A stretch of 64,000 bases of DNA from Macrostomum hystrix (Eukaryota; Animalia; Platyhelminthes): positions 1-64,000 of the forward strand of contig CATNEN010000001.1 in the NCBI GenBank assembly GCA_950097015.1, given 5' to 3'. Shown here piece by piece: positions 30,001 to 41,360 of this stretch. How positions within the stretch are numbered: position 1 is the first letter of the stretch; the number at the start of each line of letters is the position of its first letter. The notes beneath the pieces are model-generated. The model had not been told where the DNA came from. It made no database searches and saw nothing but the letters and a program-made list of their open reading frames with translations. The position numbers and the translations under genes were made by a program.

Positions 30001-33000
30001 GGAACTGAGGGGATCAGGGAGAGGAACTGAGAGGGGATTAGGGTGAGGAACTGAGAGGGGATTAGGGTGAGGAACAGAGAGGGAATCGGAGAGAGGAACT
30101 GAAATGGAATTGGGGTCAGGAACTGAGAGGGGATCAGGGAGAGGAACAGAGAGGGGATCAGGGTCAGGAACTGAGAGGGGATCAGGGAGAGGAACTGAGA
30201 GGGGATCAGGGGGAGGAACTGAGAGGGGATCTGGGAGAGAAACTGAGAGGGAATCAGGTAGACGAACTGAGAGGGGATCAGGGAGAGGAACTGAGAGGGG
30301 ATCAGGGGGAGGAACTGAGAGGGGATCAGGGAGAGAAACTGAGAGGGGATCAGGCAGAGGAACTGAGAGGGGATCAGGGAGAGGATCTGAGAGGGGATCA
30401 GGAAGAGGAACAAAGAGGCGATTAGGAGAGGAACAGAGTGGGGATTAGGAGAGGAACAGAGAGGGATTAGGAGAGGAACATAGAGGGGATTAGGAGGGGA
30501 ACAGAGTGGGGTGATTAGAGTGAGGAACAGAGAGGGGATTAGGGAGAGGAACTGAGAGGGGATTAGGGAGAGGAACAGAGGGGATCAGAGAGAGATACAG
30601 AGGGGATTAGGGAGAGGAACAGAGGGGGGATTAGGAAGAGGAACAGAGAGGGGATTTGGGTGAGGAACAGAGGGGATCAGGGAGAGGAACTGAGAGGGGA
30701 TTAGGGTGAGGAACTGAGAGGGGATTAGGGTGAGTAACAGAGAGGGAATCGGAGAGAGGAACTGAGATGGAATTGGGGTCAGGAACTGAGAGGGGATCAG
30801 GGCGAGGAACTGAGAGGGGATCATGGAGAGGAACTGAGAGGCGATTAGGAAGAGGAACAGAGGGGATCAGAGAGAGGAACAGAGAGGGGATTAGGAAGAG
30901 AAACAGAGAGGGGATTAGGAAGAGGAACACAGGGGATGAGGGAGAGGAACAGAGAGTGGATTAGGAATAGGAACAGAGGGGATCAGGGAGAGGAACAGAG
31001 TGGGGATTAGGAGAGAAACAGAGTGGGGATTAGGAGAGGAACAGAGAGGGATTAGGAGAGGAAAATAGAGGGGATTAGGAGGGGAACAGAGTGGGGTGAT
31101 TAGAATGAGGAACAGAGAGGGGATCAGGGAGAGGAGCAGAGAGGGGATCAGGGAGAGGAACAGAGTGGGGATCAGGGTCAGGAACTGAGAGGGGATCAGG
31201 GAGAGGAACTGAGAGGGGATCAGGGGGAGGAACTGAGAGGGGATCAGGCAGAGGAACTGAGAGGGGATCAGGGAGAGGAACTGAGAGGGGATCAGGGTGA
31301 GGAACTGAGAGGGGATCAGGGAGAGGAACTGAGAGGGGATTAGGAGAGGAACTGAGAGGGAATTGGGGTCAGGAACTGAGAGGGGATCAGGGAGAGGAAC
31401 AGAGAGGGGATCAGGGAGAGGAACTGAGAGGGGATCAGGGAGAGGAATTTAGAGGGGATCAGGGAGAGAAACAGAGAGGGGATTAGGAGAGGAACAGAGT
31501 GGGGATTAGGAGAGGAACAGAGAGGGGATTAGGAGAGGAACATAGAGGGGATTAGGAGGGCAACAGAGAGGGGATTAGGAGAGGAACAGAGTGGGGATTA
31601 GGAGAGGAACAGAGTGGGGTGATTAGAATGAGGAACAGAGAGGGGATTACGGAGAGGAACTGAGAGGGGATTAGGGAGAGGAACGGAGAGGGGATTAGGG
31701 TGAGGAACAGAGGGGATCAGGGAGAGGAACGGAGAGGGAATCGGAGAGAGGAACAGAGGGGGGATTAGGAAGAGGAACAGAGAGGGGATTAGGATGAGGA
31801 ACAGAGGGGATCAGGGAGAGGAACTGGGAGGGGATTAGGGTGAGGAACTGAGAGGGGATCAGGGAGAGGAACTGAGGGGGGATTAGGAGAGGAACTGAGA
31901 GGGAATTGGGGTCAGGAAATGAGAGGGGATCAGGGAGAGGAACAGAGAGGGGATGAGGGAGAGGAACAGAGAGGGGATCAGGGTCAGGAACTGAGAGGGG
32001 ATCAGGGAGAGGAACTGAGAGGGGATCAGCGGGAGGAACTGAGAGGGGATCAGGGAGAGAAACTGAAAGTGGATCAGGCAGACGAACTGAGAGGGGATCA
32101 GGGAGAGGAACTGAGAGGGGATCAGGGGGAGGAACTGAGAGGGGATCAGGGAGAGAAACTGAGAGGGGATCAGGCAGAGGAACGTAGAGGGGATCAGGGA
32201 GAGGAACTGAGAGGGGATCAGGAAGAGGAACAAAGAGGGGATTAGGAGAGGAACAGAGTGGGGATTAGGAGAGGAACAGAGAGGGGATTAGGAAAGGAAC
32301 ATAGAGGGGATTAGGAGGGGAACAGGGAGGGGATTAGGAGAGGAATAGAGTGGGGATTAGGAGAGGAACAGAGTGGGGATTAGGGAGAGGAACTGAGAGG
32401 GGATTAGGGAGAGGAACAGAGGGGATTAGAGAGAGGAACAGAGGGGATTAGGGAGAGGAACAGAGGGGGGATTAGGAAGAGGAACAGAGAGGGGATTAGG
32501 GTGAGGAACAGAGGGGATCAGGGAGAGGAACTGAGAGGGGATCAGGGGGAGGAACTGAGAGGGGATTAGGGTGAGGAACAGAGAGGGAATCGGAGAGAGG
32601 AACTGAGATGGAATTGGGGTCAGGAACTGAGAGGGGATCAGGGAGAGGAACAGAGAGGGGATCAGGGAGAGGAACAGAGTGGGGATCAGGGTCAGGAACT
32701 GAGAGGGGATGAGGGAGAGGAACTGAGAGGGGATCAGGGGGAGGAACTGAGAGGGGATCAGGCAGAGGAACTGAGAGGGGATCAGGGAGAGGAACTGAGA
32801 GGGGATCAGGGTGAGGAACTGAGAGGGGATCAGGGAGAGGAACTGAGAGGGGATTAGGAGAGGAACTGAGAGGGAATTGGGGTCAGGAACTGAGAGGGGA
32901 TCAGGGAGAGGAACAGAGAGGGGATCAGGGAGAGGAACTGAGAGGGGATCAGGGAGAGGAACTGAGAGGGGATCAGGGAGAGGAACTGAGAGGGGATTAG

Positions 33001-33019
33001 GGTCAGGAACTGAGAGTGG
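1..33019. repeat. Giant 24-bp minisatellite array (consensus GGGATCAGGGAGAGGAACTGAGAG, with 22-23 bp variants), open at the left window edge
   Basis: Unit read directly throughout; roughly 1400 copies; + strand strongly G/A-rich; ends at ...GGAACTGAGAGTGGA near 33019. The ORFs here (GSGRGTER / PDPLSVPL / IPSQFLSL) are translations of the unit. Confidence 0.99.
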
Positions 33020-33611
33020 AGATGCGAGGCGGAGGTGTGGTCAAGAAGGATTCTGTCTCAAAGGCTTTGTTTAGGAATCTATTCTATTTGCTGTTGCGGC
33101 TAGTCAAAGCAGCAAATGGATCAGTTAATTTGCTTATTAAGAGCTCTGAATATAAATTGTTTAAGTGCTTAACGCTCCACTTCCTCGTAGAATTGAGTGT
33201 GTCCAAGAAAAATTGTTTTACAGTTGCTACGGCAGTAGAGCATAAATAATTAAATGAATTAATAAACAAGACAGGCAATTTTTGTGCAATTATAATTGCT
33301 TTTTCTTTACTTCTTTACTAGAATTCTTTTCTAGAAAACTGCAAAAAGTTCGGATCTCAATTTTTAACTTACGAGTAATATCTTTTATTTAACGTCGTGA
33401 AAGGGTTATAGGAATGAGCACACAGGCTGGGATAAGATGAGCATGCCTGGTCAGTTTGGCAAGTTCTTTCACTGAAACTCGTCATAAAATAGAAGTAGTA
33501 ATAATAATATTATAATCTTTTATAATAAGCATATAAAATTTCAGAGTTCACCCAGAGCAGAAAAGCACTGCTCAAGCCAGCTGCACTGTGAATCGAAATA
33601 TTTGGTACACA

Positions 33612-36600
33612 ATGAATTTTTTATTTCGTTGCGACCTCGATTTGTGGCTCGCCGACGCGACCAGTCTGCGCAATGACCTTCTTCGAGCCATAGACAGCAG
33701 CGACTCTGAGAAGCTGAGCAGAATATCAGACAGAATCAGAAAAGGACTTCAAGACGATGATGATGCAGAAGTGAAAGCGCTGCTGCTTCTGTCGGCCGCC
33801 GAGCCAGAGCTGGAACTGCTGCAGTTCTTGACTGAAATACATGCCGACTCATGCCTGCAGGTGCGAAGTTCATCAGCAAACAACATGCTGCACTTTGTGT
33901 GCGGATGCGACAACTCAGATTCAGCAACTGCAGCCTTGGAGCTGATCTATAACAAAGTGGGCAAACAGCTGGTCAATGAGGTCAACAACTCGAAGCAGCT
34001 GCCTGTACACATCGCAGCTAAAAACAGCAAGAATCCTGCAGTGTTTCTCTGGCTCATTTTCACCGTCGAGGACAAGAATTTGTTTTTCGTTCAAGACGAC
34101 GACGGCTACAGTGCTGTTAGCATAGCATTTTTTAATCAGAACTTGGACACACTCAAACAAGTGACTGAGAAGCTTGGTCTGGCGGAGTGCCTGGCGGCAA
34201 AAACTGCCAAAAATGAAAATATTTGCCTTCGAGCCGCATTCAATACAGCCAATCCTGCAGTGTTTCTCTGGCTCATTTCCATCGTCGAGGACAAGAATTT
34301 GTTTTTCGTTCAAGACGACGACGGCTACAGTGCTGTTAGCATAGCATTTTTTAAGCTGAACTTGGACACACTCAAACAAGTGACTGAGAAGCTTGGTCTG
34401 GCGGAGTGCCTGGCGGCAAAAACTGCCAAAAATAAAAATATTTGCCTTCGAGCCGCATTCAATACAGCCAATCCTGCAGTGTTTCTCTGGCTCATTTCCA
34501 CCGTCGAGGACAAGAATCTGTTTTTCGTTCAAGACGATGACGGCTACAGTGCTGTTAGCATAGCGTTTCTACATCAGAACTTGAACACACTCAAACAAGT
34601 GACTGAGAAGCTTGGTCTGGCGGAGTGCCTGGCGGCAAAAACTGCCAAAAATGAAAATATTTGCCTACGAGCCGCATTCAATACAGCCAATCCTGCAGTG
34701 TTTCTCTGGCTCATTTCCATCGTCGAGGACAAGAATCTGTTTTTCGTTCAAGACAATGACGGCTACAGTCCTGTTAGCATAGCATTTGAAAAGCAGAATT
34801 TGGACACTCTCAAACAAGTGACTGAGAAGCTTGGTCTGGCGGAGTGCCTGGCGGCGAAAACTGCCAAAAATAAAAATATTTGCCTTCGAGCCGCACTCAA
34901 TACAGCCAATCCTGCAGTGTTTCTCTGGCTCATTTCCATCGTCGAGGACAAGAATCTGTTTTTCGTTCAAGACGATGACGGCTACAGTGCTGTTAGCAGA
35001 GCATTTTATAAGCAGAACTTGGACACACTCAAACAAGTGACTGAGAAGCTTGGTCTGGCGGAGTGCCTGGCGGCAAAAACTGCCAAAAATAAAAATATTT
35101 GCCTTCTAGCCGCATTCAATACAGCCAATCCTGCAGTGTTTCTCTGGCTCATTTCCATCGTCGAGGACAAGAATCTGTTTTTCGTTCAAGACGATGACGG
35201 CTACAGTGCTGTTAGCACCGCATTTGAGAAGCAGAATTTGGACACTCTCAAACAAGTGACTGAGAAGCTTGGTCTGGCGGAGTGCCTGGCGGCGAAAACT
35301 GCCAAATATGAAAATATTTGCCTTCGAGCCGCATTCAATACAGCCAATCCTGCAGTGTTTCTCTGGCTCATTTCCATCGTCGAGGACAAGAATCTGTTTT
35401 TCGTTCAAGACAATGACGGCTACAGTGCTGTTAGCATCGCATTTGAGAAGCAGAATTTGGACACTCTTAAACAAGTGACTGAGAAGCTTGGTCTGGCGGA
35501 GTGCCTGGCGGCAAAAACGGCCAAAAATGAAAATATTTGCCTTCGAGCCGCATTCAATACAGCCAATCCTGCAGTGTTTCTCTGGCTCATTTCCACCGTC
35601 GAGGACAAGAATCTGTTTTTCGTTCAAGACAATGACGGCTACAGTCCTGTTAGCACCGCATTTGAGAAGCAGAATTTGGACACACTCAAACAAGTGACTG
35701 AGAAGCTTGGTCTGGCGGAGTGCCTGGCGGCAAAAACTGCCAAAAATCAAAATAGTTGCCTTCGAGCCGCATTCAATACAGACAATCCTGCAGTGTTTCT
35801 CTGGCTCATTTCCATCGTCGAGGACAAGAAACTCTTCTTTGAAAAGGATGATGATGGAGCTGCTGCTGTATCCTTTGCCTTTCATCGACAAGGGTTGGTC
35901 ACAGTGAAGCTTTTGACAGATCGTTTTGGACTCAGCGAGTGTTTGAGCTGCATTGACAATCTAAATCGGGATTTGTTTTATGATTCCATTCTGAACAGCG
36001 CGAACCCGGCAGTATTTCCCTGGCTTCTCGAGCAGGTCTCCCAGCAATGTCCAGACAAGAAGTCCAGAATTTTCGAGTTGGATTCCAACGGCAACACTCT
36101 GCTTCATGCACTGTATAGGAAGGTCGATTTGTTCGGCGATGTTGATGCGCTTGCAGTGCTGATCGGCCGCATCGACTTTCTTTTTGAAAATGAAGTTGAT
36201 CCAAGAAAAGAAAACAAATTCAGACTCAACTGTCTGCTTGCCGCTGAATCCAGTGCTGACAATCTCAATCGTCTTTTGCGAGCTCTTCAAAGATCAGAGC
36301 ATTTGGAAATCTTCAGAAATCTGCAAAGAAACTCGGAGGGCCTTCACGTAGCTCATGTCTTCTGCACTCGCTACGAGCTCCGAGTTATCGAGAACGGTTT
36401 GAGCAAGCTGTGCGGTCTCAGTCCTGACGAGATCCTTGCAGTCCGAGTTTCTGACGGACCGCTGAAGGATGCAACTTGTCTGCACTTTGCCTGCGAATCC
36501 GGTCACAAGCTGAACATCGAATACCTTCTGAAGAAAGGACGGAAGCTGGAAGATGAGACAGACGCCGGGCAGACGAGTGTCGACTTTGCCTGCAACAAGG

Positions 36601-38657
36601 CGAAGCTCGAGGATGTTTTGGATGTTGCAGAGAAGTCAGTTGGTCTCGGAAAACTGCTCAAGCTGGTTGATCCAACGAAGCGAGCTCTGAACCTTCCAGA
36701 CGTTCAGAGCGCCCGAGGTCACCTGACTCGATTCAACGACTCATCGCTCAAGGCCAGCATTGAGGATGATAAATCCAGACGACAGACGAGAGGCAAGGAA
36801 GCCGGTGAGATAAAAAACGAGAGTCTGCAGGCCGGACACGGAGCTGACAGCATTTCAAAGTCCGAGGATTCGCCAGAAGTGAAAATGCTGTTCAGAGCAT
36901 TCGAGCTCGACTCAAGTGAGATGCTCCGCAGCTTGATCAGTTTGGGCTTCGCCATCGATGAGATCGATGACCAGTTCTCCAGGCATGTCTCAAAGCAGAT
37001 TGGCAATGGGCGGGAAAGCAGTAAGTCTCCTACAATAGCCAAGCTTCAAAAGTACTTCTCGTCAGAAGAAAGAGATTCTGAAGCTCTCATGCTGATGGAG
37101 TACGCAGTGCTGCTCCAGAAGCCGAAGCTGCTCAATGACCTGATGCTTCTGCCACAGTTTGACATCATCCCACAGACTTTGAGGCTGCTCGTTTATCTCA
37201 AGCCCAGAGTGAAGTCGAGCAATGTTGAGAATCTGAAAAAAGTGCAAGCTCTAGCCTTGAACATTGTCGTCAATGTTCTGGAGCACCTCTACGTGAATGC
37301 TGATGAAGAAGAGCGGAATTTTTTTTTCGACTACCTGACTGGCTCATTTAAGGTGAAAGTGAAGGTGTCAGACGGGCATTCTCAGGTTCCAGGTCCGAGG
37401 TTCCCGCCACCATTGGATTATCTTACCAGACCAATTTCAAACGATAAAACTGATCACGAAAAAGTGAGCACAGATGCGAAGAAACCAAGAAAGACATCAG
37501 AAAAGAAGTCTGCAGCTGCAGTGATGTCAGTGATGGATCTGGTGCAGACCCTGGACTGTGACGATGTGTTTGCCACTGACTGCATCAGCCAGTTGGTGGA
37601 TCGGCAGTGGAACAAGGCTCCACCGTTGCCCTGGAGCAGTCCTGCACGCTGCTGCTCATGCAACATACCGCAAAAGGTGACAATTAAACAGCGGTTCTTC
37701 ATCCACTCTGTCTTTTTCCTGGTCTTTCTGCTCTACTTTGCCTGGTACGTGACGGATTTCAGTCGGACAAAGCAGTCTCCGATTCTAGACGTCGTCCTGT
37801 TGGCCTACGCGCTATCCTTCACTCTGCAGGAAGTCAACGACTTGCTGAACAAGCTGTCTATGAAGGACATACGAATTTTCAGAAGGCACTTGAGATGTCC
37901 TCGCTACTTCACCGATTTCTTCAACTACTTTGACATGCTCGGCCTGCTGCTGATGTGGGCGGGGCTGGTCCTGAAGCTGCTTGGCCGGCTGAGCGACCCC
38001 AGCCTCATGCGCAGCTCTCAGGTCGTCCTCAGCGTCTCGTTCCTGTTCCTGGGATTCCGCTCCGTGGCCCTGCTCAGCTACTTCAAGGTCACTGGGCCGA
38101 ACATCAATATGCTGAAGAGCTTGCTGTTTAAAGACCTGCTGCCATTCTTGATCATCATGCTGGTTCTGATCTTCTCATTTGGAATTTTCTTCTTCAACCT
38201 GCTGTTCCCGGCCTTCTCAGACCTGACAGACGTCCTGGCTCTCGTGAAGATTTTCACAACGCCCGTGTCGCTGGCCTTAAGCATCTTTGAGTTTTCGCTG
38301 TTCGAGTCGTGCAACTCCAGCAGTCTCGCGACCGGACAGACCTGTGCGGACAGTGGAGGCAACCAGGTGTACAGCCTATTCCTGATGTTCGTGTACGTCT
38401 TGCTGGTGAACATTGTGATGTTCAACCTGCTGATCGCACTGTTCAACCGCACCGTGACAGCGATGGCCAGCAGGGCGGAGGTTCTGTGGCGCAAGAATCG
38501 GTTCGAGCTGCTGGAGGAGTTCGCAGAGGTCAGTCCGGTTCCGCCGCCGCTGTCGTTCCCGCTCTACGCCTGGAAACTGCTGCGGAGGTGCCGCCCTTCG
38601 CACTGCCGACCCTGCGCTGGCAAAGTCGGTCCTTCTGACGGCTCTGAGAGAAGCAAG
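33612..38657 (+). CDS. Ankyrin-repeat TRP-family cation channel, paralog 1, large exon (ankyrin array + 6-TM channel + TRP box)
   Basis: 5-kb ORF with ankyrin motifs (QLPVHIAA, GNTLLHAL, ATCLHFAC, GQTSVDFAC), six hydrophobic helices, S3 YFTDFFNYFD, S4-S5 linker TGPNINMLKSLLFKD, S6 NLLIALFN, TRP box LWRKNRFELLEEF and PVPPPLS. It ends at the donor AAG|GTAAGA (38657/38658, phase 0). The 5' end is uncertain: first ATG 33612, or a splice acceptor CAG at 33662-33664. Confidence 0.93.
34032..36002 (+). repeat. Coding 219-bp tandem repeat (73 aa = two ankyrin-like repeats): 8 near-identical units plus 1 diverged unit
   Basis: AATCCTGCAGTG (NPAV) recurs at 34032, 34251, 34470, 34689, 34908, 35127, 35346, 35565 and 35784; a diverged NPAVFPWL recurs at 36003, keeping the exact period. 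Confidence 0.97.
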
Positions 38658-39062
38658 GTAAGAGGCCTGTTGGACTGAGGGACTGACTCTGTTACTCACA
38701 GATGATAAATGGTCTGAATATATAGCCATTGGATTCAGTCAGACAATGACCGAATCCAATTTTCAATTGCAAGAACTGATTGTGTGTACATGAATGCAAA
38801 TGGCTTTGTAGCAAAGACATGCTCAGATTATAGTAAGCTGGGGCTGGTCATGATACTCTTGAGGACTGATTAACAGTAGAAGCAAGGTGAGAGGCCTGGT
38901 GAGCACAGGTGAACTGAGGGGCTGACTATGTTTACTCATATAGGCACTAGATTCAGTCAGACGATGACCGAATCCAATTTGAATGGAAATCACTGGTTGT
39001 GTGCACATGTTTGCAAATAAGCTCATGTTTCAAGGCGCTCTTCCTCACGGCTTCCGTTCCAG
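38658..39062 (+). other. 405-bp GT-AG intron of paralog 1
   Basis: GTAAGA donor and TTCCAG acceptor; the reading frame is preserved across the join. Confidence 0.88.
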
Positions 39063-39473
39063 CCGTGGTGGACGAACCGCAGCGACTTCAGCGGCTACCC
39101 CGAAGACTTCAAGCGCTTCCTGATCTTCCAGGCCGAGCAGCTGCGGCAGCAGCGGCCGCGGCTCCAGCGGGCGGTCGAGCGGCACAAAGGGGACGTCGAT
39201 GTGCTGAAGGCGCACGTGGAGAACCAGGTCGAGGACCTGCGGGAGGAACTGCGGGAGGTTACTGAGAAAATCGAGACCGATGTGAAGGGCGTCAAAGAAA
39301 TTGTTGGAAAGCTGAACGAGGACGTCAACGAACTCAAAGAGCTGCAGCTCCGCCAACGAAGACGAGCAAAGCGTCTAGACGATAAGATGACAGAAAATTC
39401 CGAGAACCTGCAGCAGCAAATGTCGCAGGTGATGAGCATTCTGCAGCAACTGCAGCAGCAGCGTCAGCAGTGA
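39063..39473 (+). CDS. Terminal coding exon of TRP channel paralog 1 (post-TRP helix and C-terminal coiled coil)
   Basis: Pyrimidine tract and acceptor CTTCCGTTCCAG ends at 39062. The phase-0 join reads PWWTNRSDFSGYPEDFKRFLIFQAEQLRQ...VEDLREELREVTEKIETDVKGVKEIVGKLNEDVNELKEL...QQ, stop TGA at 39471-39473. It is in frame with track ORF 39201..39473 and shows a heptad pattern. Confidence 0.9.
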   Translation, partial: PWWTNRSDFSGYPEDFKRFLIFQAEQLRQQRPRLQRAVERHKGDVDVLKAHVENQVEDLREELREVTEKIETDVKGVKEIVGKLNEDVNELKELQLRQRRRAKRLDDKMTENSENLQQQMSQVMSILQQLQQQRQQ

Positions 39474-40257
39474 CGATGCGACTTCAGCACACGCAGTTTG
39501 TAAGCTCTGAACAGTTCTAGACGAAACTGAAGTAAAAAATCAACTCGTGCACATCAGTTTGTTTTAAATTTCAAAACAATTTTCTCTTTTCCAAAGCATC
39601 CTTGACTGCTTTCAGGCCTCCAAATCAATGCGGCGCGCCTTGAACTGGCAATTCTTCAGTTGCTGGGCTGCACAATCGCCTTGGATTTGTTTAAGAACTA
39701 TTTTACCAACAGAAGATTTTCAATATGCAACTTTTAATTCAGCGAGATTTCGCTACCACTGTTTTAACAGACAATTAATTACAATTACCATCATACTTAA
39801 TTTAACTGAATTTAATTTAAAATAGAAGTTCTTGGAAGATAACTACTTGAACGAGCCGTATATCACAAAACTATATTTGCTTGCTTTCTACTAGCTTTGT
39901 TCGGTATTTTAAACTATTCCAATTTTTTCGAACTTTGTTGAGGTACCTCTGTGCGTTGAATTCATAATTCGGAAACTGCCTTCAACATTGACAATGCTTT
40001 TGTGCCATCACGCTTCACTTTCTATAATTTTCTAGAGTCTTGAAATGCTTACAGAATTTATTGTGCTCACTGGCACCTCAGTGTGCTCAAGCCCCACCCT
40101 GAGCTCGTGTCCGCTTTTACTTGAGTACTTAACAAGCTTTCGTATATTTTCTGGTGCTCTTTTGGTGATGACAAAGAAACATTTCCTTGCTGATGAAATT
40201 TACAGCTTCTCAAACTCGGGCAGATTTAGCACTGATTGACAGTTTGATCGAGTAATG

Positions 40258-41150
40258 AGTCTAGAATCCGCTGTGTGAGCAGTCTAGAATCCCCTATGCA
40301 AAGCAGTCTAGAATCCCCTGTGCAAAGCAGTCTAGAATCCCCTGTACAAAGCAGTCTAGAATCCCCTGTACAAAGCAGTCTAGAATCCCCTGTACAAAGC
40401 AGTCTAGAATCCCCTGTGCAAAGCAGTCTAGAATCCCCTGTGCAAAGCAGTCTAGAATCCCCTGTGCAAAGCAGTCTAGAATCCCCTGTACAAAGCAGTC
40501 TAGAATCCCCTGTACAAAGCAGTCTAGAATCCCCTGTGCAAAGCAGTCTAGAATCCCCTGTGCAAAGCAGTCTAGAATCCCCTGTGCAAAGCAGTCTAGA
40601 ATCCCCTGTACAAAGCAGTCTAGAATCCCCTGTACAAAGCAGTCTAGAATCCCCTGTACAAAGCAGTCTAGAATCCCCTGTGCAAAGCAGTCTAGAATCC
40701 CCTGTGTGAGCAGTCTAGAATCCTCTGTGTGAGCAGTCTAGAATCCCCTGTGTGAGCAGTCTAGAATCCTCTGTGTGAGCAGTCTAGAATCCCCTGTGCA
40801 AAGCAGTCTAGAATCCCCTGTACAAAGCAGTCTAGAATCCCCTGTACAAAGCAGTCTAGAATCCCCTGTGCAAAGCAATCTAGAATCCCCTGTGCAAAGC
40901 AGTCTAGAATCCTCTGTGCAAAGCAGTCTAGAATCCCCTGTGCAAAGCAGTCTAGAATCCCATGTGTGAGCAGTCCAGAATCCCCTGTGCAAAGCAGTCT
41001 AAAATCCCCTGTGCAAAGCAGTCTAGAATCCCTTGTGCAAAGCAGTCTAAAATCCCCTGTGCAAAGCAGTCTATAATCCCCTGTGTGAGCAGTCTAGAAT
41101 CCCCTGTGCAAAGCAGTCTAGAATCCCCTGTGCAAAGCATTCCAGAATCT
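40258..41150. repeat. 24-bp minisatellite (AGCAGTCTAGAATCCCCTGTGCAA; some 22-bp variants)
   Basis: About 37 direct copies read from the sequence. Confidence 0.97.
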
Positions 41151-41360
41151 ATAAATTCAGTTTTTAGAAATTTATTAAGTATTTTTCGCTTTTAAAATTT
41201 TCAAATAGTCAAAAACAAGCACTTTCCTTTAGATATAGACCTTTGACTTGGTTTTGTTTTTTTTAATTTATTTCAGTTGTTCTTTTCTTAACTGCTCTTA
41301 TTGTGCACACCTTTTTAAGAACTAACAAGATTACATGCTTATCGTTTAATCTATCTTTAC

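Noticed and set aside
1-33019. Frequent TTAGGG hexamers suggesting telomeric repeat
   Set aside because: They are isolated variants (GATTAGGG vs GATCAGGG) inside a 24-bp unit and never form tandem (TTAGGG)n.
551-33074. Dozens of ORFs encoding [16 protein letters not shown] or IPSQFLSL repeats
   Set aside because: They are translations of a 24-bp minisatellite (multiple of 3), appear on both strands, and are broken by frequent 1-2 bp indels.
38658-38678. ORF-track C-terminus VRGLLD* of the 1696-aa protein
   Set aside because: It is read-through into the intron; strong donor and acceptor sites give an in-frame coiled-coil exon at 39063.
33736-38729. Antisense and alternative-frame ORFs over paralog 1 (and similar ones at 58573-63956)
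   Set aside because: They are shadows of the ankyrin/TRP frame, recurring with the 219-bp period.
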